60,000 nt of DNA from Botryllus schlosseri (taxonomy: Eukaryota), in the NCBI GenBank assembly GCA_051294905.1, contig CM119373.1, forward strand, positions 2,234,001 to 2,294,000, read 5' to 3'. This document shows positions 48,901 to 60,000 of the stretch, in pieces. Numbering within the stretch: position 1 is the first letter of the stretch; the number at the start of each line of letters is the position of its first letter. Position numbers and translations under genes: made by a program. The notes beneath the pieces are model-generated. The model saw nothing but the letters and a program-made list of their open reading frames with translations, was not told the DNA's origin and did not search any database.

Positions 48901-51339
48901 AGTCGGCCTAAAAGCTTACAGTGGAATAAAGTAAGCAATATGAATATGATTATATTGCTTGTTGCCGTATCGGTATGTATATCAATATTGAACTTGGCGT
49001 GGGTTATTACGTACAGGAGTACGAGACAATACTAGGATGACAACCTACCAAAATACCGAAGAGTGTTTATAAAACGTGCGTCATACAAATAATCCAGGGA
49101 TGTTACGCATCTACAAAATTGCTATCTTATAGGTTGCGTCCACAGTGGAAAATAATATCGCAACTATCAATTCCGTTGATAAATCATGGCCCATGCGCAT
49201 TGCAAAATTTTCTCCAATATGAAGTCAAGTAGCCAGCAAATTGGCGACCGCCATTGCAAATTCGAAGCCTCGCGAATGCACAATTGCACAATGGCCAAGT
49301 ACGCGATACGGGTGAGGGTGATTGCAGGTATGTTTAGTATTCTGCCATGCTAAAATAAACACAAAACAGTCGAACAATAATTTATGCCAGGTTCGGCTAT
49401 TTGCGTTATTTGGGCTATTTTTAGACATACCGGTACCTCTATGAAAACAATGGCATTATTAGGGCGCATCAAAACTTGCCGTTCGGACTTGCATCCGGTT
49501 ATTAGCAGTGCGGCCTAGAAATTTGGATGTAGCGCTATCAAAACACCATCAAATATCAAAGCCGGCTTTGGGAAGCAAATGCTATTATTGTAGAGACCTC
49601 TACCCTCTTAACACGCCCCGTTGGTGCAGAAATGTAAGCATGCGTCGGCTCCCTTAAACTAGCTGCCGTTCTGTCATCTGGATCAACCGAATAGTCGAGG
49701 GGTAGCGACAGTTCGCCAAAACATCTCCTACAAACCGATGCACGCACGTTGTACGTAGCAATATTTACAACTACATAATTCTAGTTGTATATTCAAGCTA
49801 ATTGGGGCGAAATGCCGGATTTCTAATTCAAATCTAAATTGTGAAATATTTATTTGCTCGAATTCTAATTCCGAACTAATACGTGAAATGTTTCTAATTC
49901 AAATCTAATTTGTGAACTATTTATTTGCTGCAATTACAATTCCAGTCTAATTAGTGAAATGTTTGTGTGCTTCAATTTTAATTCACATTAAATTTCTAGT
50001 TCGAGCCAAGATTGCTATACAGACGTTTGCTATTCTCGCTCATGATACGGACTGAACTTGAATATTCGCGAATTCAGCGAGTCTAGTTCAACTAAATTAG
50101 GAAGAAACAGTATGGATATCATTCTAATTCTTATCTAATTCCGAAAAGAACTGTTTAGCTTTGATTCTAATTCCAATCTAATTCAGAAGAAACTGTTTCC
50201 CTTTAATTCTAATTCTAATAATTTGGAAGAGACTGTGTCGGTGTGGATGTCATTCTCATTCCAATGTAATGTAATAATGTCTCCCGTATTTTACAAATGA
50301 TACACCCATACACCCTGATTAGAATCCTGTGCAGACCGCATTTTAGGCAAGCGCAGTGGTAATGGTATCAATGGTGTACGGAGTCGGAGTCGTTTCGGAT
50401 TGAATTTCCATGAAGTTCGGAAGAACAGCTTCGGAAACTACGCAAGATTTTTGCAACAGACGTGATGTTTTTCACACGGAGTTTCACTCACAATATGTCT
50501 GGGAACCATACTATTATAATAAACTCCAAACTCACGATACAACGATCGATACATTTCAATAAGTCACAAGGTCGTTGTCAGATAAATCAATGACGCATCC
50601 AAGTTTCCTCGTGTTCAAGTTAATCAAAAATTGACAAATTAATTTTTCGACACAATCGATTGAGCGTTCGATAAAACATGAATATTCATAAACATCCAAT
50701 ATTACACAAAATGAAAAACAAAATGCATTGCAATAATGAACTACTCACTTTTCACAATCCGAAACTAGAAGTAGGACCACTCACTTTTCAACATCCACAA
50801 CTGGAACTAAGACTAGTCAAAAAACAGTAGTTAATCGTCTAACTAGATTTGTAGTTTATAGAATTACAAATATAGTGCAGGCCTATGAAACCACGTGTAA
50901 AATTTGACACCAACCAAGTAATGACAAATCATGGGAAAAGTCATCGCACAAGACGTGGGTTCAAGTACACGGGTTTTTATTAATCATACCACAATGAGTC
51001 ATACCATATTACGCGTATATCACGCCAGTCGGTTACAATATTATTACCACAATATTATCATCACCGCAGACACATCCGATAAGATGAATACAACGTTGGC
51101 ATTTCCTGTGACCTTAGACCCGCGCTGCCGCATCGACAATACCACGGATTTACTACCGAAAGATGTCGGATGTTGATAATGTCCGATAGTGACAAATTAC
51201 GCGCATCCTTTGGCGGGCAACGCAGGTGTGACTTTTCTATTGAAATATTTTCAAATCGCATAGACCGCGCACTATCAAAACCAGTACACATGTTTTCGGT
51301 ACACAATATAGCGAGTGCTTGTGCCATATAGATATACAA

Positions 51340-51957
51340 TAGGGCTGTTCAAAAATAACCTTTTTTCCCGGATTCCAGCCATTCACTGATTAAATTGTCA
51401 GGTTACCCTAAAGAACGCTGCACACCAAATTTGGTTCGATTCTAACAAGTATAGGACTCCGCAGATCCAATTAAAATTTTTAATTTATTATGGAAAATTG
51501 AAAAAAAAAATTTCCAAATTTTTCTGCCAACCCCATGAAATTGTTGAGCTGTCTTCAAAGACGTTGCAAAACAAATTTGAGTCAATTCCGACCAGTAGAA
51601 GCGGAGTTATGTGAGTTTTTCGTTGATAAATCGCGGATTATCCACCGATCAAGGATAATCCGATAATTCTTATCGAAAAACTCATATAACTCTGCTTCTA
51701 CTGGTCGGAATTGACTCAAATTTGTTTTGCAACGTCTTTGAAGACAGCTCAACAATTTCATGGGGTTGGCAGAAAAATTTGGAAAATTTTTTTTTCCAAT
51801 TTTCCTTAATAAATTAAAAATTTTAATTGGATCTGCGGGGTCCTATACTTGTTAGAATCGAATCAAATTTGGTGTGCAGCGTTTTTTAGGGTAACCTGAC
51901 AATTTAATCAGTGAATGGCTTGAATCCGGGAAAAAAAGTTATTTCTGAACAGCCCTA
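51340..51957. mobile_element. Intact 618-bp foldback MITE (hAT-type)
   Basis: Near-perfect inverted arms 51340-51622 and 51674-51957 starting TAGGGCTGTTCA; exact 8-bp TSD ATATACAA at 51332-51339 and 51958-51965. Confidence 0.95.
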
Positions 51958-52519
51958 ATATACAATCGTAGGACGTACATTGATCGCTAAATCGATACAA
52001 GAGCACGATAGCTATTCGGCCTATCTCCGTGAATTCCAGCATATGATTTGAATAACATCAAAGGTCCTCGATGGCACACAGTATCTTTGCGTCGATAATT
52101 CTCCTACGACTATGCAATGCACTCAAGCTGTGTTAACGGCAATACCGACTAATCCCCACGCAGTTAAAGCGCGTTCAAATGTAAGATAGCGGTTTTACGC
52201 ACTGCCGATGATTGCAGACTTGGACAACTAGAACGTTCCAGTTGTCTAATTTCACTAAATTAGAGCAAAAGGCCAGTAATCTAACTTTAATCTAATTTGT
52301 TAAATGTTTCTACGCTCTAATTCTATTGTTCTCCTGAAAATGCCCATTTGTCCGAGGCATTTTGCAGCGAGTTAACAAGAATATCCCTCTCGCGCAGGGA
52401 AATACAGTGCCAAGCCGCCATCGTCGTACCTACTTACGCCGTACAGTATCAGCAGTAATTGTGATAGCATTATAGTCGCTTGCAGTGTGCGAACAGCATT
52501 CTAGTTTTTAAAACTTTAC

Positions 52520-52913
52520 GTTGTTGCCGTCGAAAAATTTGGATTTGAATAAAATAATGTTTACGGTGAGCACAACTATAATAAATAAACAAAGAATCGG
52601 TCACCGTAAATACTATTTTATTCAAATCCAAATTTTTCGACGGCAATAACTCCGCTTCCACTGGTTGGAATTGAACCAAATTTGGTGAACATCGTTTCTA
52701 TAGACAGCCTAACACTTTTATGGGGTGAACAGAAATTTTTCCAATTTTTTACAGTTTATTTTTATATAATAAATAGAAACTTTCTTCTGTAGCAAAGCGG
52801 TTACTGGTTGGAATTGAACCAAATTTTGTGTGTAGGCTTAAATTAGGTAACCTAACAATTTTATCAAGTAGCCAGTACGATTTGAGAAAAAAAGTCATTT
52901 TTGAAGAGTCCTA
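52520..52913. mobile_element. Half copy (right arm) of the foldback MITE family
   Basis: Ends GTCATTTTTGAAGAGTCCTA; highly similar in inverted orientation to 55384-55683. Confidence 0.8.
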
Positions 52914-53635
52914 CTGTACAGACGTTAACCATTCTCGCAGTTATGGGAATGCAATGAGATTTTATATTAACAGATATTTGCTGCATTTAGCCTATTTCCC
53001 ATTCACAATTTCATTCAATTTCACAGTTTTTGAGAATTCAGATTTTCTGATTCTAAATTCTACTCCTATTTGGAAATAACTGTGCACCTCTAATTCTAAT
53101 TCTAATCTAATTTGGAAAAGCTGAAAATTTTCGAGTTGTCCGTCCAAGTCCGGCCTGAATCACGACGACGAAACAGTAGTGCCGGTAGACCACTAGACAA
53201 CAAGTTACTAGTCTGCGCTCGAAATTATCGGACCACGATATTTCATATCTATAACGCCCACGTACTAAGATATGCAACCTAATTTTCATATTTGTCCCGT
53301 CTTATTTTAACTTCTATTAGTTTTAAGCAAGTGGTTCATTATGACCATTTAACATGTTGGATTAAGGCATACGTGTTCCAGGTCAAAGCGGGTTGTTCGA
53401 TTGATCGAATGGCCGCTACAAGTCGAATCGGCTCATGCCTTTGGAGTCATTTATCGCAATCTTGTGATTATTATGGAATTATTACTGAGTAAGTAAGCCA
53501 AAATCGTCATCGTAAACGCTTCGCCCACCTAGTTCGGCCAAGTCACGGTTGGATTACACCTGGTCATGGAAACATGTACAACGCATGCGTCATGGCCTTT
53601 CGGCCGTCCGTCCGCCGTACATGGAAACGAAGTGA

Positions 53636-53875
53636 AATTCCGCTATGTAATCGATGGTCAAATCTTCCGTCATATTCGCCTCAAACTAGTACGGTTAACT
53701 TTTCCGCTACTGCAGCTACGCTCCGTTTTCCGCCGATTTAGACAGTCAGCAGTCAGTATCAAAGTCCGCTATCTAATCGATGGTTAAGTTTTCCGCTGCA
53801 TCCGCTCTTTCAGCATTTTTGAATGTTTCCGCTGTTTCCGCGTTTTAGGGTTAGTATTCCGCTGTTTCCGCTTTC
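53636..53875. promoter_or_regulatory. Candidate (bidirectional) promoter with clustered TTCCGC motifs
   Basis: About ten (T)TCCGC(T) motifs and a duplicated tccgctat.taatcgatggt.aa unit between the divergently oriented LAP and Rab genes, just upstream of a strong donor AAG|gtaaga at 53964/53965. Confidence 0.4.
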
Positions 53876-54325
53876 AGGTCTTTTCGGTATGCCCTGTTTA
53901 AACCGATGGCGGCATTTTGCGACTTTTGCAGCTCGATATCTCAGAAAATACTTAATTTTAGAAGGTAAGATACCTTTTATTGAAATCAGCACGAAGAACT
54001 CTGCAGAATCAGCCAAAGTTGTTTTGGTCGATATAGTTGACCTTTAAGCTTCTGAATGCGATATTAGTTTAGTCTTATTTAGCTTCGATCACACTATTCT
54101 GTTATATGCAATGCGCTATAGCAACTGGTGAGTCACACTAACAAATATAGACTTGAAGTGGCATCACAATGAATCATATAAATGCAGTGTGTTGTCAAAA
54201 GGGTAGTGCTTCTATGTAATTTCAACAAAATACATGCAACTGGCACTGTACTGCCTCTTGGAGATGCCAGAGCTTGTAGTAGATTTTAATTATTATCCTA
54301 AACTTGCAGATATTGAGTTGGATCA

Positions 54326-54498
54326 ATGAAGCGGCGTATTGTAACTGGTAGGAATGTGTGCAAAGTGATTTTACTTGGTGCAGACTCAGTCGGTAAATCA
54401 ACTCTTCTTTGTCGCTTGCTCACAGGACGTTTCCAACCCCTTCTGCCTCGCACTTATGGGGCTGTCTTTGCCACCAAGACTTTGCAGACTGATAAGAG
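54326..54498 (+). CDS. RAB24: Rab24-like small GTPase, coding exon 1
   Basis: Acceptor cttgcag at 54303-54309, ATG 54326; MKRRIVTGRNVCKVILLGADSVGKSTLL..PRTYGAVFATK..; P-loop GADSVGKS; donor AG|gtgagt at 54499, phase 2. Confidence 0.88.
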
Positions 54499-54816
54499 GT
54501 GAGTTGAGAAGTCTGACAATATTGGAAAATCAGGCAGATGCACATCAGATGCTTCAATCTGACCTGAACTGTAATCTACCATTTAAAAACTGCAGGTAGA
54601 TTAGGCGAATTTCAGTACTAGGCGGGTAGGCCTGCTTCTTGCTTCTCTCCAAGTAAGCCTAGAAATAATCACCCATTCCTAAATTACATTCATTGCATTC
54701 ATTATGCAACTATATGATGAATTTTGATTACTATTTTTTTAAATCGAGAGATTGAGTCTGCTCTGTCTGCGTACCTGTTTAAGTCTTTATAGAACTTGAC
54801 CATTTCTCTTTCTTAG

Positions 54817-55255
54817 AACGACATTGCTCCATATTTGGGATACAATGGGGGAGGAACGTTTTCGGAGCATCATACGATTGTATTACCGCGACGCTAAGGC
54901 TGCAATCATCTGCTGCGATGTGACAGACTCCAGCTCATTCCACGAAGCCGAATATTGGATTAAGGAATTAAAAGCCTACCAAGAGTGCCAGGTGTATATT
55001 TGCGGGACGAAAATGGACTTGGTACAATATGTGTCCCAAGCTATCGTAAAAGATTTGAAAATGTTCAACGGAGATTGTTTCTTGACTTCAAGCAAAACTG
55101 GCGAAAATGTGACGGAATTATTCCAGCGTATCGCTGACGACTTTACAGCGGCCTGTCCGGGCATGTTCGACAGTCGTCCAATAATTGAACTGTCTGAAGG
55201 TTCTGCTCCCGCCGATGGCAGCACAAGACGTTGTTGCGGATCGGATGCCCACTGA
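54817..55255 (+). CDS. RAB24: Rab24-like small GTPase, coding exon 2
   Basis: Acceptor tttcttag; IWDTMGEERF, YYRDAKAAIICCDVTDSSSF, YICGTKMDL, TSSKTGENV, ending RRCCGSDAH*; CGTK.D and AKAAI.C.D.TDSSSF are Rab24 hallmarks; 203 aa in total. Confidence 0.9.
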
Positions 55256-55310
55256 CATGTTTTTCACCTAGTTATGTTGTTTGATATTTGTGACGGGTTG
55301 GTATCTAGGC

Positions 55311-56554
55311 CAGTGCTCTTCAACCTTTTTCGACGTGGTACACCCTTTTAACGTTTGCTCAAAACTCGTACACCCCTGTTCATTAGGGGTCTTCAAAAAT
55401 GACTTTTTTTCTCAAATCGTACTGGCTACTTGATAAAATTGTTAGGTTACCTAACTTAAGCCTACACACCAAATTTGGTTCAATTCCAACCGGTAGCCGC
55501 ATTGCTACGGGAGAAGAAAGTTTCTATTTATTATATAAAATAAATAACGAAAAATTTCAAATTTTACTGTTCACCCATGAAAGTATTAGGTTGTCTATAA
55601 AAACGATGTTATTCAAATTTGTTTCAATTCCGACCAGTAGAAGCGGAGATAAAAAATTTGGATTTGAATAAAATAGTATTTGGTCACAGAGTCTATTCGC
55701 AGCCAGTTAAGCCGCCTGCCACGCAAATTGGAATTTATTTCGTGTCAGCCCCAAAACAGCATGACATTACGAACGATAATCAACCTAAATGTAACAGTAT
55801 TGGGGAGAGAGTAGGTAAAGTTACTGCTGCAGAAGCGGTAATTCAGATCAGCGATGATAGCAGGCGCACCAGCCTACTGCGTATCAGGCCTTCCCCACAC
55901 CACACACAGTCGATAGTAGCACTTGGGCTGCGAGAGATGTCAGTAACCTCAGATCGTATGCTGCTATACACAGTCTATTGTCGCTAATTTGCATCACTAA
56001 TAACAAAATACTAAATTGCAAATGTATGGCGAAATATTGGACATAAAATCGGCATTTTAAAACAAAAGGTTTTCGATTTCAACATGGAAGCTGTTTCGAC
56101 CCTGGCTGGCTACGTCACTTCATTTATGTGCATTGCGGTATTTATTAACGTCGGGTAGGAAGTACCGATTCAAGAAGTCTGAGCTATCGCGGCGGTTCCC
56201 TCAAAAATCACTAAAAGACAAATGACTAGCTGAAAACATGTTTGTTAACTGCATACTTTCCAACACCAAACGGATCCATTGGTCTATTGCCGACGGCTAA
56301 ATGAATAGGAGAAATGCTTATGACATCACAATCAAGCGGTGTACAGTATTACACTTGAGATAATACCGTACCATATTGCTCATTAACCTGTGCGTCAACC
56401 TGTACTGGCCCATAAACCTGCCTTTGTGATAGCTAGCCATCGGCTCATTGTAATTCGGATCTGGTACACCCCTGTACACCCCATCCGAGTGGTACACCGT
56501 TTGCAAATTCTGGTACACCCCAGGGTGTACGACAACCCCGGTTGAAGAGCACTG
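55311..56554. mobile_element. Non-autonomous hAT (Charlie/Buster-like) element
   Basis: 15-bp TIR CAGTGCTCTTCAACC / GGTTGAAGAGCACTG; exact 8-bp TSD ATCTAGGC at 55303-55310 and 56555-56562 (fits the nTCTAGAn preference); GTACACCC subterminal repeats. Confidence 0.92.
55384..55683. mobile_element. Half copy (left arm) of the foldback MITE family nested in the Charlie-like element
   Basis: Starts TAGGGGTCTTCAAAAATGAC; inverted match to 52610-52913. Confidence 0.8.
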
Positions 56555-58143
56555 ATCTAGGCTATATGCCAGATGAATTGTAATATGACTAAAATCAGAG
56601 GTCTCCAACTCAAATGTGCGCGCGGGCCGATTTCCTAGTTTTTGATGACGCCGCGGGCCGCAGCATCAGCGATGGAAATTCGATGTATAATTTCCAGGTA
56701 TGCCTTATTTGACGGGACCTTGCAGACATGCATTCCCCAAACATCGTGAAAATGTATATACTATTGTACTATTCACGCTTGACACGTACACAATCACATT
56801 TTCAAATATTTAAATAAAATTGTGCCGACATAATTTGTTAAAATAATGAGTTATAGACATCATGCGAGAGGACGCATCATGACATCGTAAAACTATAGGG
56901 TTATAATATTGCAGCTGTGTACCTTTGACGTGCCACAATTTCATGTAGAATATTTTGAAGTTTACTGAAGATTGATCCGACATCAGGGCATTTGAGCGGT
57001 GTGGCCTAATCCGGGTTTTCGATATAGTCGTGATAAGTAGGCCATTGCTATTGCTCCTGTCATTGACAAAGTCAAATTAAATCAGTGTTGGATTTGCCTC
57101 CGATTATTATTGAAACATATCAATAACAACTTGAACATAATCATTATTGTGCAATAGTAATAGCATTGGTTCTTGACCTTTTTATTGATCATTCCCCTTT
57201 TAATAAGATTTCTCGTACCGATTGTTCATTTTCAACTCAATTTCTGATGGTACTTACATTTAAATCAGAAAACCCGTTCACATAAAATCATGCGTAGCGC
57301 GAAGAATATTTTTCAGTTGAATAAATTGACCAAGAAAATATTCCACATAATGTAGGCCCAATTCCACAATGCATCTCGTACCCCATCATGTGATGCTTCA
57401 TACCCCGAATGGGTCTGCGGGCCCGTTGTTTAGAACCCCTGGAATAAAATGTCCAATCGCCGACGAATTCATCGGTGTTGCAGCTGTGGAGCGTACTACT
57501 CGTCACTGATAATAGCATGTATAAAGAAAACAAACAACACCCAAGAAGTAACCAACTATACGTAACGGGGGTGACAGAATGCCAATGGTTGCCATACTGA
57601 CCTGATTAAATAGCTATATACCCTAAGTAACGGAAGCTGCGACCTTTTAAAATATTACTATTCCCCATGACAGTTTCATAGATTGTTGCGTCCTTAGGAT
57701 TACCAAGTCCCCGTTCCGAGTCATTTTTTGTGATCATGAACTAGAAATGTGACGTAACGTAATAGCTGATCTTCTGCCGCATAGTAGCTTCTGAAAGTGA
57801 TATGATAGTGGAGTTTGTTGAGATATCAGGTTTTGTAGTAGTGTTAGGATGAACTTTAAGTTCTTTAATCTAAAAAAGATGTATGTAACTTCAAAACTAC
57901 TATACTGGTAATACACTACAATCATAGGAGAATGTTTTAAAACAGTAATTGAATTATTCTTGGGTGTGGATATGCGATTCGAGTTCGCTAATCTCTGCGG
58001 AGCACACCCAAGTCGGATAGATGCAGCAGAATAGTCACTAGTCAGTAGTCAGTCACCAAGCCGCGTAACTTATGTACCTCGGTTGAAAGAAGCAGTTACA
58101 TTTGCTTACATAGATCGACAAGACGTTATATACTATATTTCGG

Positions 58144-58487
58144 AATGTCCGGTCAACACCGAGAAAAGCATTACCGAGAATGCCATAACCGAGAATAGAC
58201 ATCACCGAGAACACCATTACCGAGAATGGACACCATCGAGAATCGACATTACCCAGAATGGACACCACCGAGAATCGACATTACTGAGAATGCAATATAT
58301 GCAATGCAGGCATGTTATGCATATGTACAGGTCGTGTGTATGTGCATCACGGCTTTGCCACATTCGGTGTCGATTCTCAGATATAAATTTTTCGACAACG
58401 CCATCTCGATAAGTTAGATTCTTGGCATTGGCCATTCTCGGTAATGTACATTCTCGGTAATGGTTTTCTCGGTATTGGTATAGGACC
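58144..58487. mobile_element. Mutator-like MITE, second copy (inverted relative to 2660-3066)
   Basis: 9-bp TSD ATATTTCGG at 58135-58143 and 58488-58496; same 15-bp ACCGAGAAT subrepeats and central spacer. Confidence 0.85.
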
Positions 58488-60000
58488 ATATTTCGGGATA
58501 CCAATGTGGTTGCGTTGACGCTATGGTGGCGTGGCTACCATAAAGTACGTGTCCGCAGGAGATGCGTAGATGCATAAACCTCTACTTCTACGAAAATCGG
58601 CGCGCTATAAGTAGGAATGCTCGCTATGTGCACAACAGAGCTCTTTGCTAATACCAAAAACCAATTTTCGAAATAATCCCGTAGTATAGAGTTACGGTAC
58701 ATCCACGATCGACTGTACTAAACATACCGTTTATTTGCGTATATTCCCCCATTAGCAAGAATGGTAAAAGACCTACCGCCAGCAATTGACACTGGGTATT
58801 GGCACTGTGCGTTAATGCGCTAAACGCAGAAGTCCTGGTATTGAAACTCTTTCAACTAAAGGCATCATTGAAGACAGATGACAAGCGGTAATCTCAGACA
58901 CGTCAAACGAAACAAGGAGTATATTTCCAAAATTGCCTTTCTGTGCTCAAAGGAATATCTGTCATCGGGACGGTATTAAATGCCTAATAAAACCGACAAT
59001 TTTTCTCATTTCGTAACTTGGCGGACCTGCCAATCGTGAGATATAACTATGACGCATATAATACGAAGATATATTCTGTGTTTAGATCGTCGCCATTTAT
59101 AGTCCGTATAAGAGTCCCCGTGATAGATTAACGCCGAGCAGGGCTACTCACCTATTTTTAGCAAAGGTCCAGTTTCAAAACTCTTAAAAGTTTTTTGGGG
59201 TCCGTTATGACTCTCGTGAAATAATTTGCAGTCATACATATGTAGTACGGCATAACTACATCCAAAATCTGGTAGAGTGGTATTAGCAACAAGCGAAATG
59301 TGTTTATTATTCCGTTAGTCACAGCTAATGGGAGAATTACCATTTTTAATTCTTCCTTGTTCTTTAAATCTAGGTTCTAAAATGGTGAGAGCGAGTCACC
59401 ATACATGACGCGAAATACATTCTCTATAAAGGTCATGTTTTAAAACGATGGATTTGGTTATGTTGAATAACTAAGTAAATAATGAGACAGACAAGGTCCG
59501 GATTCAACACTAAAATGTCCGCCAGTTCAGTAGACCTGCCGTAGAGGTTAAGACATGTTAAGTTGAAAACAAAACGAGTAAAACGTAATCTGGGTTGAAT
59601 TATTGGTTTGCTAAACCCGAAAATAGTTTCATAGCACAGACATCATTCCACGAGAGCGGTCTTTGCGCAAAACCTAGGACTATTTACCGAGACGACTCCG
59701 CAAATTGAATTTCGAAATCGACAATCTTGCGGTATTGTCATTCCGATATTCAATTTGAATGGCCACGAGACGAATTATGACGAATCAGAGGGGCATCTTT
59801 CTCGGTTGTGTGGTCATGACAAATATCGTTTTTGCGTAGTGATGTGGCGTGGAGTCAAAGCCCAGTATAACAAACCCCGAAAAATACTGGGCGTATCACT
59901 ACACAGCGCCATTAACGTGAAAATATACGATCGAAGACCAGTCTACAAAGTGGGAATTAGTCATGGTATTCAACCCTAACGTGTAATGATAACATGGTTG

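Noticed and set aside
52520..55683. Composite transposon carrying the Rab gene between two inverted MITE halves
   Set aside because: The intact termini face inward toward the Rab gene rather than outward, flanks differ (ctgtacag vs ctgttcat), and the right half is nested in an unrelated Charlie-like element.
55399..55987. Recurring short ORFs such as MFQFRPVEAE../MVQFQPVEAE.. (also 52470-52679, 18734-18934)
   Set aside because: Similarity comes from copies of the same non-coding MITE, not from a protein family.
56600..60000. Possible additional gene at the right end of the window
   Set aside because: Only short ORFs without recognisable motifs; no exon chain could be supported.

Overview
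Eukaryotic (invertebrate animal, plausibly a tunicate or other deuterostome; not provable from sequence alone) genomic DNA, AT-rich and dense with transposon remnants. Three spliced protein-coding genes can be reconstructed by hand from GT-AG boundaries with consistent reading phases: (1) the last two coding exons of an M13 (neprilysin/ECE-family) zinc metallopeptidase on + (519-646, 1301-2477); (2) a 15-coding-exon LAP-family Erbin/Densin-180(LRRC7)-like gene on - (44709 down to 20221, about 1817 aa: LRR block, LAPSD, very long low-complexity linker, one C-terminal PDZ); (3) a divergent Rab24-like GTPase on + (54326-54498, 54817-55255; 203 aa), head-to-head with the LAP gene. Intergenic and intronic space holds DNA transposons with exact target-site duplications: a 7.3-kb non-autonomous hAT carrying duplicated exon-like cassettes, a 2.5-kb decayed hAT with transposase remnants plus its MITE family (including a 618-bp near-perfect palindrome), a Charlie-like hAT, and two Mutator-type MITEs. 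There are also minisatellite arrays and a probable tRNA-derived SINE. The most notable non-obvious signal is a four-copy short repeat whose consensus is a minimal, pseudoknotted type I hammerhead ribozyme with a palindromic stem III, as known from Penelope-like retroelements. No prokaryotic features, CRISPR arrays, rRNA or intact tRNA genes were seen.
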